Origin: Tubulanus polymorphus
Lineage: Eukaryota; Animalia; Nemertea
Direction of reading: 5' to 3'
NCBI RefSeq assembly: GCF_964204645.1
Contig: NC_134031.1
Coordinates: 9,052,001 to 9,116,000 of the forward strand
DNA length: 64,000 nt
The notes under the pieces were generated by a model. The model searched no databases. It was given only the letters and a program-made list of their open reading frames with translations, and was not told the DNA's origin. Made by a program: the position numbers and the translations under genes. Below, in pieces: positions 41,601 to 56,600 of the stretch (positions are counted from its first letter, which is position 1; every line of letters begins with the position of its first letter).

Positions 41601-44600
41601 GAAATCTACATATGTTATAAGTGTAGCCCTACCTTCTGTGATCCTGAACTACCTTCCTCTCCGGAAGGAAATGATCCTGCGGTGCCTACAGCCACTACCT
41701 CTACAGGTACACAATATGATGGCGGTGCCGTTGTTTTGGATGCAAGCCAGCTGTTGGAAATGTTCCAATCGCTACAGTCCTCAGTCGTCAATTTATGCCA
41801 ACAAGTAGAAAAATGTGCGAAAAAATGTGACCTCAAACTCATTTCGGATAAAGTGAATAACTTGATAGAGCGAATTGACAACTTAGCACAGAATTGTGAA
41901 CTTATTCTTGAGCTTATAAACTATGAAAAAAGTAATAAGACAAACAGTGACCGCAAGGAATCACACGTTAAAGAAATCCTGAAATGTACCAAAGGGCTCA
42001 CCAAATCAAGTGACCTTCAATCGGAACTGTGCTCGGTTAACGAAGCCCTGGAAGAGAGAGATGCTACTATTGTGGAACTGATCGAAAATATCGAAATGTA
42101 TCGCGTAGACAACTCAGAAACAGTTGATAAATCATCATCTCCGCAGCGTATTAATAAGACAAAACAAAAGCGCTGCCCCCGTGTGGCTCGGGACGATAAC
42201 ATGGTTAGGGTCACGGTACCCTATGATACTAACAATAACGAAACACCCGCCAAGTACAATGATGTGCATGAGACTCGCGACGGATCCATTAACTCTGTAG
42301 TCAACGATCGGGACCGCGTATTCTGACAACCACAAGCGAGATCGTCAGCGAAACAATAGGCGTAAACATATAGTTATTGTAGGTGATTCAAACCTTAGGT
42401 ATGTGGATGAAAGTCGTTTCATCAAAGACCAATGTTTCGTAGAAAAGTATGCAGCGAACACCATGGCAGAAGCGCGTGATGTGGTAAGGGAATTGCGTGA
42501 TGAACCCGATAGTATCATTTTGCATGTCGGTACCAATGATATAAAGAACACCGGTTGCCCTGACAAATGCGTTTTGGAAATGACCGATCTTGCGAATTTT
42601 GTAAAAAGCAAATTCCCATGTTCAAAGCTTGTTGTGTCTCTAGTTCCGCCCCGATTCGATCACCACCATCTGGATGTCCAATCCCGACTTTTCAACGCTA
42701 CAGTTGAATCAATAGCTGCTGATGAAAAATCAACTCTAACATGTCGTCATGATAATCTCAACAACAGAAGACTCTTTGCGGACCGTATCCATCTAAGTCG
42801 AAATGATGGTGTAAGACTCTTTGCCAGGAACCTGGTAGTCGTAGCTCGAAAATCGTTGGACCTTTTTACACCGAAACGTGTCGCAAAATAACATGACCGA
42901 ATCATCAAACATGCTTCAGATATGTACATGGAATGTGCATGGTCTGATTAATCAGCTTGGAAACAAGCTGATGGACTGCTTCTTCCAAAGACAAATAAAA
43001 CCGTATGATATAATCTGTCTTACAGAAACACACACAGATCATGATGCTGTTCTACAGCACCCTGGTTATTTTATTTATCACTCAGTAAGGGAACGTTCCA
43101 AAAACGCCAGACCTAACTCAGGAGGAATTGTTATCTTATGTAAAAACTATCTGAAACATTATGTAAGAGTAGTTGAGCAGTCATCATCTGACATCATTTG
43201 GATCAAGTTTGATAAAAACCAAAAAAATCTCATAGCAGCTTGTTACTTAAGCCCCTCAAACTCTACATATGGAACAAAAAATTCAGATGATACCATTCAA
43301 CTACTTGAATCGAGTTGCCTGAAATACAGCTCTTTGGGCAATGTGTTACTATTAGGCGATTTTAACTGCAGAATAGGTGAATCGAATGAAATTAATAGAT
43401 TTGATGCTTCAGATAAACTTTATATACCTAACCTAGCCAGCTTAGATATATCTCCCCCCACAGTAGGCCTATCTAACAGGAAAAGTAAAGATAAAGTAAT
43501 TAATAGAATGGGGAGGAAATTAATTGATTTGTGTAAAACTTTTAACTTCAACTTCCTGAATGGCAGGGCACCGGGTGATTTCCTCGGGGAATTCACTTGC
43601 TATCAATGGAATGGGAGTAGTGTTGTTGACTTGGCTATAGTAAATGAGGATATCTTCCCGCTAGTTGAGTATTTTCACGTGCATAGGTGCCTTTCAGAAC
43701 TCTCTGATCACTGTCCGATCGGTATAGGTATTAGCTATGAAAATCTGTATGATCCTTTTAAACATCTTGACAATAGTGCCACCAATGAATTTGAATATGT
43801 AAATTTTCGAAACAACCATCTTAAGAAATATAAAACACCACCCCAGGTGAAAGACTTCATATCTAGTCCTGAGATAGATGCTAAACTATATAACTTTCTA
43901 AGTAACTCCATCTGGAACTCAGCCAATCCAACTGCCAGTGATGTATATAAGATCAATGATGAATTTATAAATATTATAAACAACGGCTCTAATATATACG
44001 CCCGAGGTAAATGTTTCACCGATAAATGCAACAAGCTGTGGTACGATAGTGAATGTATGAAGTCACGTAGAATTGTTCAAGGCCTTAGCAAACAGCTGCA
44101 AAAATCGCCCTCTCAGGCCAATAGACAAAACTACTTTTATGCTAAGAAATACTACAAAAACTTGTTAAAGGCAAACATGCCCAATTTAGACAAATTGATA
44201 AACTCCGCGAACTGAAAGCAAGACCAAGAGAATATTGGAAGCTTGTCAATGAATTAACAAATGACGGAAAATATCCGTATCTGATAATGCTCTTCCAAAC
44301 CCTGATAAATTTGTTAACCATTTCAAAACGATTTTCGAGGCCAAACAAAAGTCAGATGTACAGTCGGAATTATGTGACCCTGTCCTAGATAATTACGCTA
44401 TTTTTACGAATCAGATTATTTAATCTCAGATTCCGAAGTCAGAAAAGCCGTTTTGGAACTAAAAAACAACAAATCCCCTGGGATAGACTGCATCACTAAT
44501 GAACTATTGAAATATGGTCTGGAAAATATCGTACAGCCAATAACCAAACTCTTCAATCTAGTATATTCGTCGGGACATTCCAATTAACACCGAATTCTTC

Positions 44601-47600
44601 ATAAATGGGCAAAATCTTGAAATTGTTTGCGAACACAAATAGGGTTTGATTTTTACCGCTAATGGTTCATTTCATAGGGCAAAGGAAGAACTTAGAAAAT
44701 CCACCAATCGAGCTATGTTGAGTATAATACGCATGATAGAACATCAAAATTGCTCAGTCGATGTTGCCATGAATCTATTTGATAACCCAATTCTCCTATA
44801 TGGTTGCGAGGTGTGGATGCCCAACAATAACCTGGCCAAAAAATTGCTGAAAAACAAGGCTTTCTCTTTGGAAGAAACTTTTGAAAAGGACATCCACCGC
44901 ACACAACTTTTAACCAAATTTTGTAAATTCGTGCTGAATGTAAATAGAAGAACCACCAACATAGCTGTGACAGGAGAATTGGGCAAATATCCCTTGTATG
45001 TTAACTGTTGTACCAGAATTATTAACTATTGGAAACGTATATGTACAGATAGCGACGGAATTGTAAATAGAACACTGTAAGATATCCGGGATGAGGATAA
45101 GTTTTTGAATGCGTTGTTAAAGACTAGCAGAAGCGATGTAGATGTATATAGTAATTACATACTGACTAATCTTCCCAACTGTATTAAACATATCCTACAA
45201 GAAAGATCAAAAAATTTAGTAAACTGCAATGCTTGAGTAATATCAAATCCGAATTTTGCATGGAACAGTACCTGCTACTTAATATCCCAAAAACATTTAA
45301 ATCTGCAATATCCAGACTCAGATTAAGCGCACACTCCCTACTAATTGAAAAAGGGAGACACCTCAATCTAGCAAGAGAGAATAGGTTATGTGACAAATGT
45401 AATATTGTTGAGGATGAATTCCACTTTGTTATGCAATGTTCAAAGTGGTCTGACAATAGAAAAACTCTTCTTGAAGAATTATACAGAAATTTTCCGGAAT
45501 GCAGGGGGTCCTCAAATGAGTGTTCAGAACCATTATGTCAACTGTACAGATGGCTTATAGCCTCGGGAAATATATAAAGGCTTCTTGCTAGATACAGCTA
45601 TGTGTATGTATATGATATGTTATGATATGACGTTGTCCACTGAATCAGATTTTTTACTTGTACATAGCCTACTCATATAAACCGTCTCGGACTATTGAAT
45701 CCTAGTCATAGTATAGAGAAACTAGTGTATCTGCCTATCTTATCATGTTTGTATATAGACTGCTATAAATTTTATCTGTTTTTTTTTTCATCTCCTGATA
45801 TATACTATACATGTACTCCTCTTTGTTTTCCTCTTTATTGTAAAAAGCCAATAATGTCATTTCTATTTTACGGTGCAATAAAGATTAAATTGAATTGAAT
45901 TGTAATAGCGCTGCGCGGGAAATCTATATTTGAAATCTGCGGTCGCGGGCTTCAATTCTTCCAACAAAGGATAGCCTACGTGAAATTTCAAAATTTTCTA
46001 GGGGGAATTCCCCCAAACCCCCCTTTATGGGCTTCGCACCTTCAGGGCTCGTGGCTGCTAGTTAGCCTCTAATACTTTATTTCATATTTTTCAGCGTTTT
46101 TCAAACGCCTCTGTTTTCATCCCTGATTATATCAAAGAAAATTCATTCATTCACATGATTGTATACGTATGTTTGTAGTTGGAATATGTACCACTGGTTC
46201 CAACTTCAACTCCAGCTCAGAGTCCGACGCCACTTGACAAACAACCTGATTTAACACCATCTACTGAATGTGAAGAAGGTAATAATTTGAAGATTAAACA
46301 TTTGCTGCTGATAACGAGTTATTTCTAAGTCCAACTTTCACCATCATTGTAAGGAGTTATCTCGCACAGTTTTGGCAATGTGAACAAAACTGCTTCATTC
46401 TCAATGCAAATCGGTTAATTTAGAAAAATGACTGTCAAGGTACTAGTTGTATTGTCAACTACAAAATAGATGGTAACTGTGAAGAAACATGCAGACGCGA
46501 ATTTATAACTATGGAATATATTTCATTTTCAGTTATTTCTGTGAATTATTTTCAGACTTACCTGAGCCCGTGTCTCTCGAAAATGTTAAAAACATGAATG
46601 AAAATAAGGGATCTCAACTTACAGAAAAAGGACAGATTACACAAAAATGTGGCCCACTAAGAGCTGCTCATCTAACTGATGAAAAAGGTAGAAAATCAAT
46701 AAATGATATGAATATGAATTGAATTGAATTTTTGATTACTTGGATTTCAGATCTGGCGCCAAGAATTCCCAAATTTGTTGAATAAAATTTTTTTAAATAC
46801 ATTTTTAGGACAGCCGTAGGCTGAGCCTATTACTATACAAATGGAGCGAATTTGAATGACATGGTTTCCAGAGTAAAGGCTGTTTGACAGTGCAACTGAG
46901 CATATATTCATACAAATCATTCATTAGAGCATTATTCATTCTCCAACCCCAATGAAGCTGAATTTTGAAATATAGCCTCGTTAAAATTTATATGAGCTTT
47001 TTCACGAAAATCTGATGGCAAAAATATCTGTTTAAAACAGCCAATCAGAGGGCAAAGACTCCTCTAGGATTGGCTTAGCCACACAGATCTGCAGGTGTTC
47101 ACGTGAACCCGCGGTATCGTCTACCGTTTTACTTGCGGGTTTTATTTTAAGATCTAAAATTGTATTTCAATATCGATTTCTGTGAAATGTATAGTTGATT
47201 TGTTTTTTGGGAGGAATATTTCTATTTGCACTACAGAAAATATCATTGACATATGTGCAAAGTCCGGGAAAAATAGTTTTTTCTCAAATCGGATGGTTGA
47301 CCTTTATATGCTAATTAGCCATCTGCTAAAACTGAAAATTCAATCAAATTTTATTCTGCCAAAAAATATCAAATCCAATTCAATTTTACTGTATTGGACA
47401 AGGTGGGAGCTGGGAGTGTATTTGGACAAATTTAACCCATAGAATGCATCATTTGCCATTTTATGAAAAGCTGACAGACTCCTTGGGGCTCTTGTTATGT
47501 CTCCTACCCGCCCTCATCTGAGACCACACAGGTATTATAAGGAATTTTCATTCAGATTTTGTTATCTTGCCTGTGAGTATTTTCTACCCCAGGGAGAAGG

Positions 47601-50600
47601 AAATAAAATTCTACTAAATTGCAAGCAACTTACACATATTGCCAAAATGCATTCCTTTGGTTGAGATAAGTGCTTGGACTCGTAACCACTAAATGTATAG
47701 CCCGCAACAATTAAATCACGCTGTCATGTGCTGCCACCCGACATTGAAACATGGCTGCTAGCAGTGATGCGCCGTCAAAGGCAACTAGTCTTGTCATTTA
47801 GGGGCAGATCCAAGGGGGGCCTATTTTCATGGGCTTGTATGCTTGCAAGCCCATATTGCTATCACACGGATTGATAACTTGCTTGGTGAGTCGATAACTT
47901 TCGTTAGAAACTTTCTTGGGCTCTGATATTTACACACATCTAATGCAGTAATAAAATCTAGGTTCCTTTCGTAAATTGGCTATATCGGTTGTCGTTTTCA
48001 TTGTTTTATGATTTTGTTTAATCGTTTTTGTTATTTCAGCAGCGCATACCAACCTTGGTTGAGCGTGCGTGATCAGTCTTGAAATTGGTATTCATGCGCG
48101 GCATAGTGCTGCCGACAATTCAATTCATTCTTTATTGACACAATTAAAATTTCACAATAAAACATTTACTTTCACGTTTTTTGAAAAATTCTTTTGATTT
48201 TCTTTTACTTTCATTGGGTGCTTGCGTTAGCGGCCATTTGAAAAATCTCTATATGAACATTTATATTTTTCAGTTTCAATATCTAAAACTTAAAAACCGC
48301 TTTTCTGTTAAATAAATACTAATTGTATTGAAGACTGGTTCCCTGTCTCCAAAGAGCCAGGGGGCAGTAGTCTATGGTGGCAATAAACTTTATCGGATGA
48401 TCGTAGTGGATTGTCATTTGAAGGAAATGCAACTTATTCTTCTTAATGTCTTTATTATTTTAAAAAGAAAAATTGTGGCTCCTATCTATTTTCGTGTTCA
48501 CTTCTCTTCACCTGAAGTCACTCGAGTTAGTCACGTATTTTCTTTCAGTTGTAAATGTTTCCATGCAAAATCATTTCAACACAATCCGATAAGTAATCTA
48601 GCAATTATCAACATGATGATGAATTCCGTTAAGACACAACAATATTCAAATAACAACTATCCAAAAGCTGGGTCCACGTCTACAATAAAACCACTCCGAT
48701 CCCCAGTCCCCGTGTGTAACATTTCATGTATGATGTACGACAACACCGATCTCTTAGCTCTTTAAAAAGTGATCAGTTCAAAGTTCGATTAATTCTACTA
48801 CAGAAATACAAAACCCCCAAGCAAGCTTTCAGCACAACCATGTCAGCAAGCCCATTTTTGGAATTTCTTTCTTGTTTGTCAAGATAACATTCAGAAAACC
48901 TGGCTTAAAGGTCAAGTGCCCTCTAAATAGAATATTGTGTAAAACTTATTTTCTATATGTGATATGTGTGTAAATGATAAGTGTGTTACTAATTTTGATT
49001 TTAGTAAAGCCATTACTGAGAAATAAAACTTTTAAGTCGGCTATTTTCAACAGCTTGCCGTACACAGCAGGTGCGCTTTTACTGTGAAAAACCCACGATC
49101 GCTGACGTCATTGTAGTCAAACACACATTTCCACGCACGTTGTACCACTGAAGAATAACAAACTTTTGGTGCGCTTTATGAATAGCAAAGCTATGGCAAA
49201 CTAATGGATTTGATTTAAAACAATGAACTTAGCTTTATAAGATAGATTTTAAAACCGTGGTGAAATAAGCAGTGTACGTCTGAAATAATCCACTAGTTTC
49301 CGGTCCCTAATCCCGAACCGCATGATCACCGTTCGTAGCGTATTTAATCCTTTTAGAATTGTTTAAGATTCCTGAATTCTTTCTGATGTATAGCATGGAT
49401 ACGGTTATACATAACACAACAAACATTTGATGGTAGCCAACAGTAGAGATGTGAATATAGCGAAGGAATGATGTTGTTTTATAGATTTTATATATAGGCT
49501 ATTAATACTGAGTTCACACACGTGTATGTTTGTTTGGCAAAAATGACACATGAATGTGGCGCTGACACGCGGCTGCGGCCGAGGTGCATACGCTATATAG
49601 GTCAATGATCCAGTTATTTAATTTTACTGATTTAAGAAAAATGAGTGATTTTTTTTCTATAAGGCTGATCCCAGGTCGTCATTTATAAATTTAAGTATCA
49701 TTTGGAAAGTAAATCTCTTAAAGTAGGAATTGGAGGCACTTGACCTTGATGAAAATTGCAATTACAATGGCAAATTATTTCCGATCATTTTGTTCTAGAG
49801 TCACTAGATGCTCAGAAAATGATTGGCCTATATTTCTTCAAAATTTTCTTGGGGGGCAAACCCATTTAGGACATTGTATATATGGCTCTTGCGTTGATGT
49901 ACCAAGTACACGTATACGACTAGAGATCTTTTGGACCCCCTCCCGGATCTGCCCCAGGGTTGCCAAGCTAGGCTAAGTACAGACAAAACTGTGAGGCTCA
50001 GTTATGATAAGATACATCTCCATTTTAATTGCGGTATCCCAGCGATTAACTGGACTTTGTAGATCATAGAGCTGTTATCTATCCTACAAGCTACTTCAGA
50101 TGAATCTGGAATTCTTAAATGTCTTGGATTCTCAGCGTCTGATCTGAAATCCCCAAGTAATTAAAAAAGCAGCTCAACTTCTTTGGGATTTTGAACTGAA
50201 GAATGTCATTATCTTGTGGGTTCTATCGAATTCTGCCAAGCGAAGTAGGTATTACAGAGATGAGAATTCCCCGCGGATCCGCGGTTTCCCGCAGATTTCA
50301 GTATTGAAAAATATCAATTTTCCAAATAGTCCAAAAATGAAAAGAAAAACCCGGATTTTATAGGTCGGCATTCTCATCTCTGGTATTAGGAAATGTTTTT
50401 CTCCACGCAAAATTTCTGTGTGTGTGTCAGCGGATTAATTGAATGTTTACACGGTGACGTGTACTCGGCGAGTACACCTGCTAAATCGATTCGACATTAG
50501 CTGCTGTGTTGCATCGATACTCAGTGTTCACGTACGCTCTAAAAACTCTAGTACATGCACAGTATAGTTTTTACAGATTGCAGTATGTTGAGCAATGGTG

Positions 50601-53600
50601 AAAACTTTCTTACTATTACTAAGTAAAATGATTAATCATCATTTATTCTTTTGCACTTTCGCGTCAGAGATCCGTTTTTAGAGCCCGATTATTTAGTTTG
50701 CGGCACAGTGATGAGAGCGCGCGTCGATTACATTAGTTACAGTCCCGTCGGCAATATCGCCTTATACACGCGGCGTTCACCGTGAATGTATCAGTAATAG
50801 ATATTGTGCATTATGGAGCGGGTTGCGCGTAGGCTACAATCACACGCTCATTTTGTCAAAAAGGTCTTGAATTAGCAGAAGAAATATCATTCACGACTTC
50901 TACTATAAAAAATTATCCTAATGTGAAACCTTTAAAAACCTTGAAGTCGGTAAACTTAATTTCGTCAGTAACTAGTTTTAACTTCGACTGTAGCCAGTTT
51001 AGTTCCACGTTCAGATATTTTCACAAATACGCCCTCATCGTAGTTGTCTTGTATCATTCTCAAGGATCTATCAAACATTTGTCAAGTCAAAGATTCCCAC
51101 AATCAATCTTTCTAAGGTATCATTCAAGAATTCTAATGAGACTGCTAGAAAATATTCATTCTGTTCCACTTGGTCGATCGTTAGACTAGCTCCAGGCCCT
51201 AAGGGTACAGCTTGCAGTTGGCCTTTGGTTCAGTCTGTGAACAGTTTCGAAACAACCATCTCAACACATGGATGTGAAGCTTGTACCCCATGGACTGCAT
51301 GGTTATTGGCCTATGTCATGGGTTAATTAGCTGCCCAAACTTGCTGGCAGCGACAGAGTGAGAAAAACAATTGCCATCTTCTCAGTGACAGACAAACGAG
51401 TTTTGACACAATGAGAGATGCTCTATTAACAACTAATTATTAGATTCACAGTGTCTGGCAAATTTATGCTCAGCAAGTTTGGACAAACAAAGCCAGCTAT
51501 CATACTTGTGGTTATACAAATAATCCATTAATTACAAAATTGTTCCTTTGAATATTATGAGAATTATACATCGATATCATACTCGTACTATCATACTACT
51601 AAAATAACCTACTAAATACAGATTTATTTCATGAACATTATGAAAATAATAAATTAAGAAACCCATATTATAAGTATTTATTTGCTCTCGGAAATATTCA
51701 ATATGACTGATAATATTCCCCCCTGTCGTGGGTTGGAATTTGCTCCGGAAATTCAAACTCATACTGCAACGAGGGCATGCTTAAAGAATTAGCCATGGTT
51801 ATAAGAATATTGTGGCGGAAATACAAACAAATAATTGATAGAATATGTACAAATATTGAACTATGAAGTGTCGTAGCATAAATGCAATGTATATACAATA
51901 TTTCATAATGAAAAAATAGAAAAATAATTGATAAGCAATTAATCAACCATGGTGAATGTGGGGGCTGAGGCTCAGACCGTGCGTTGTGGTTGTAGAACAG
52001 TGTAGCTGTCGTGATGTAGAATAATTATATAGGCACTGTAGGGAGTGCTAAGAATCGGTCGAAGATGACGTGCTTGAATGGGGGAAATATATACGGAAGA
52101 CGGTAATGGTACAGGTTGTCCTGACATAGTATTGATAATGCTACAGTCAGTGATCTGAAAACGGAGCAGAGGACGGAATATACCGGTGATAGAGATGTCA
52201 TACATATTAGACGGATATGTGATTTCCCAGTGAACTGGACGTAAGGATAGACGTAAAATAGGGATGCGTTCGCAGTGTGGACCATTCGTAATTTCAAGAG
52301 CTAGAGTAGTGCACTCAGAACACGATTTTGCACGTAGATGCCGAATGATGTAAACAAGAAAAAGTAATGTATTCACCAATGTAACTACCATCAAGGCTGA
52401 CAGAAGTTGGAGCTGTAAGTCATCTGAGGGGTTGGTAGTTGATTGAGGAACCTGATATTCCCAGATTGTTGGCGGGGCTAAGGCTTGAGTAACCGGGGCA
52501 TGAATTAAAAGAAGAGCCGCAGAAAGATGGCGTACCCTGAGGAATAACCATGGCGACAGACAGCCAAAGATTAGTGAAACTCCTAGACTGCAATATACTA
52601 AAATGGAAGGTGGGCTCGCCCAATTTGTAGGCAAAGATATAACACCATCCAAAAGAGGTTCAGTGAGATCTTTATAGACCTTTTCATTGCGCTTCACTGC
52701 AGTCGCCACTGGCTTTAAACTGAGGTGATCACGCCTGTCATTGGCCAAAAATTCAGCAAATGAATGATTATACATTTCAAATGAGGGGATGTTGACTTGA
52801 AACGTTTGTGAGAGACATAATGGCCCAATAAGTGCCTAGTACGATCCTCAGAGAAGAATGCCTGCAGTACCGCAAGATTCACTGGATGAATCATTTCAAA
52901 TGGTCTGTCTACCCGATCATAATGACAAACAGAGGCACGAGGGGCCATGGAATAGAAACTGAATGTCACTGTACAATGACATGGAACTTTGATGATACAT
53001 GAAGCGCAGCCAACCTGAACTGAGGGTTCTCGAGTGTGTTTGCATGTTAACAAGAGATGAGGCGTATTATAAATGACCAGTGATGATGGAGAAACTTCGA
53101 TGGCCTTCGGAGGTAATATAGTTTGAAAAACTCTGAGGTCACAGTGCTTAGTTATGTATTCAGACATATCTTGAAATAGGGCTAACTCACAAGACCAATA
53201 TGACGATTTGTATATCAGTACATTGGAATGACAGAATCTATCATGAGCCCTGTTACATAGAAGAACATCGTCGTGTGATAGTAATGAATATGACATGTGT
53301 GAATCGTCGATAGCAAAATATGGTGCAAGGTGTGGTAAGTGGGTGAAATGCTGTGCAGAAGTGTTGATGGGTACTGGTAGTGCAATAACTTTGTACAAAT
53401 TCAGAGAAGCCTTTGTCGGAGCGATAGGCAGTTTGAGAGATGTAAACAACATCGATTTATTGCGAGAAACCAGGAATTTTGCCTTCTTGTATAACGCTAA
53501 AGGGTTTTTAACAATGAGGGCATAGTCTGGAAATTTGTCGGCCAATACTACTCTAACCTGTCTCATTGTTGTACGTAACAAATCTGGTGATAGAATAGTA

Positions 53601-56600
53601 GGAGATAAAACATCATTTGTTAAGTCCTTAATGCCAGAACATAGAGCAGTAAGATGCTGCTTGACGACCGAGGAGCGTCGAACAGAATTCATTAGAATAG
53701 TGGTTGTAGTCGAGATCGTATCTTGAACATCTGTATATAGAACGCGTAAACGAGTGTACAAAGATGCAATGGCTTTATGGTCTGAAGCGAGTTCTTGTAC
53801 CACATGCCCAAAACGATTATCAACTTTAGACATAAACGAAGCCATTGCACCAGCGTCGTGAGTCAGTTTGTTGTTGATAACATTGCGGTATTGTTCGAGT
53901 GATTTGATGTCTAGCGAGCATATTTACATCATCCATAGTAGCCGTACCAAACAATGATTTTGACAGAGACCCGATAAAAGGTAAAAACCCAGCTCTGCGT
54001 AATCGTGAGCTTTAGCGGTCTACTGTTATAGGAATAATCGTTCGAATAAAGTTAGCAGTAGCATTAACAGCTGCTGCCGAGTCCATGCGTAGGCTATTTA
54101 CCTGACGTACGAGTGAGGCCATTTGGTAACAGTGCGACACATTGGAAGTACATTGTGGGAGGAGGATAGGGTCGTGGAACTGAGGAATAGGAATGGCGTA
54201 TGTATGCATCCAAGATTCCGTCGCGAAATGTAATCGAGATTGATGTTGAAAGATGAGGCCGTAGTTGATTCGTTGAATGTAGATCGAAGCTGAAGCTGGA
54301 GACACCAAAGACATGACTGTAACGGTCAACGTGAACAAGTAGCTTCCCCAAGAAACCCCAAAATCAAAAGATAGAGAAAAAAATATGAATTACTACTCAA
54401 TAGCACATTTTCGACAGTCCGACTGTTTACTTAGAAGGAGAGCGAGTAAGACATGATAATAGAAATTGGTAACTATGGAAAGATGCGCAAGAAGATGGGG
54501 AAGTACTAGTCCATCAGTTGATAATTAACGGGAATGTTTGTTTCGTTTACGTTTGACTTGTTTCCATTTTTTGCCCTGGAGAGTGTATTGTGCATGGAAC
54601 TCACGGCGGGGTGTCTCGGGTACGTCGTCAGCCCACAACCAAATCTTTTTTGGTAAACCCTCAAATTTGACAAGATATGTTTTCTTGCCCTTGTGATATG
54701 AACACTTGACAACCTTCTCAATTTGAAGATCATCCCATTCACTGCCTGCGTCAGGGGCAGTATCTGAACCGTCTGGAAGTGTGTCATTCTCCCCATTACC
54801 ATTTGTGTGAGGTGGTGTGTCAGCTCCCTCAATATCCTTAGCTTCCAATGGTGGAGTCTTAGGTTTCCCCGTGTCGGGTGAGACTTTCAGATAACTCCTG
54901 TCTCGGGGATCGTGATAATGCCTCATTCGATTAGCGTGTTGTCGTGACTTGAGCAATTTATCATCCGAACACCGGCGTAATTTATAATGATGATATTTGC
55001 TACAATCCACAATGTAGTAAGGGCCCTCAAACTTGTGATGTAACTTCCTGGAAAGCCCTTTTGGTGTCTTTTTTGTTCGTAACAGAATTTGGTCCAGTGG
55101 TTTGAAATACGGGTCTTTGGCATTTTTATCAAAATTCTCCTTCATCTTTTCTATACATCTTACTATGTTGTCACTTGCAATCTCATTGGTCATTTTGAGG
55201 GTATCCAATAAATTTTCCATATAGTAGTTAGCTCCTTTGCCCAAATGAGATTGCAACTATAATGAAGTATCGAATGGTAAGTTCATCTCTCTTCCAAATA
55301 ATAGATGAGGTGAGTATCCTGTTGAACCAGTGGATGGAGACATTCTGAAGGCCATCATGATGCCAGGTAAGAGGTCCGGCCAATCTTGTTGATGTCGTTC
55401 GATGCAGTAGACACGTAGACTTTGAGCAATTAGGGAGTTACAGCGCTCACAAGTTGAGTTAGTTTCAGGGTGATAGGATTTCGTATTCAATTTATCAATC
55501 CTAAAAAGTTCACAGAGTGCTGCAACTAACTTGGATAAGAAGTTTTTACCCCGGTCTGATACCAGTTGTTGCGGCGCGCCATATCTCGAAATCACTTCAG
55601 AGAAGAAGACTTTAGCAATGGTAGTAGCAGTTTGGTCTTTGAGAGGAAAAGCTTCACACCACCCAGTGAAGCTGTCTACAGTAATTAATATAAATTGAAA
55701 TCCTTCATTGCTCGTGACCAGAGGGCCTAAGATGTTGATGTGAAGATGTTGGAAAACTTCAGCCACCGGAAGTTGGTGTAATGGGGCAGGCAAGTCATGG
55801 CGTGACGTTTTAGCTCGTTGACATTGGTCACAATTTCAATGTACCTGGTGACGTCGGAAAACATTTTGGGCCAATAGTACTTTTGCCGTAGAGCAGCATA
55901 GGTTCGTTCGGCACCGAAATGTCCGCCCCCTGCAATGCAATCATGATAAGCTTTTAGAGCTTCTTCCCGCTTATTAGGGGGTAATGCCAAGGTTTGAATT
56001 AAGCGTTTGTCGTGCGGGCGAGGTTGTCAGAAGAAATACAGGATACCGTCGCAGAGAGAGTAACAGTCGGCAACCCGAATGATTCGTTTTGCCCGTTCTT
56101 TATTATCAGGTAATGTATTGTCAGAGAGATAGGCATAGATTTCCTTGAAATCTGCTGCTTCTTTTTGTAATTGGCCTATGTTCGAGGGTTCTGAAGTCCG
56201 GTCATGTAGCTTGTCTACTGAGATCGAAGCTATGTGTGCCATGTAGTCATTACTGATTGTTTCTTTGATTTTCTGTCGCCATTGCGCCCTACGTGACTCG
56301 TGTGTAAGAGGAGGATCTATGAAACACGAGGGATATACGAGTCCTCATACATAGATCAGCACAAATTTCCAATTAATTCTTTGGAGTGCTCGAGCCATTA
56401 CCGAGGCAAAGGTAGCTGGGCTATTTTTTAAACCAAATGGTAGCCTTTCCCACTCAGAAATTCCGTGATGGGTTATGAAAGCGGATTTGTGCTTTGTGGC
56501 AGGATCCAGCGGGACTTGCCAAAATCCACTAGCGAGATCAAGACTACTGAACACTTGGGCCTTCGAGTCACCTATCAAATCTACTGCATCTTCAAACCTT

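Larger units (their letters stand above)
40690..45903 (+). mobile_element. CR1/L2-group (Crack/Daphne-like) LINE with an internal RT deletion
   Basis: ORF1 (PHD, coiled coil, SGNH esterase), APE endonuclease, C-terminal Cys/His finger, AATAAA + (ATTGA)n tail; interrupts a repeat that is intact at ~25170-25340. Confidence 0.9.

Noticed and set aside
47801-49955. GGGGCAGATCC...GGATCTGCCCC as TIRs of one element
   Set aside because: Only 11 bp, no TSD and no transposase remnant; may be independent fragments
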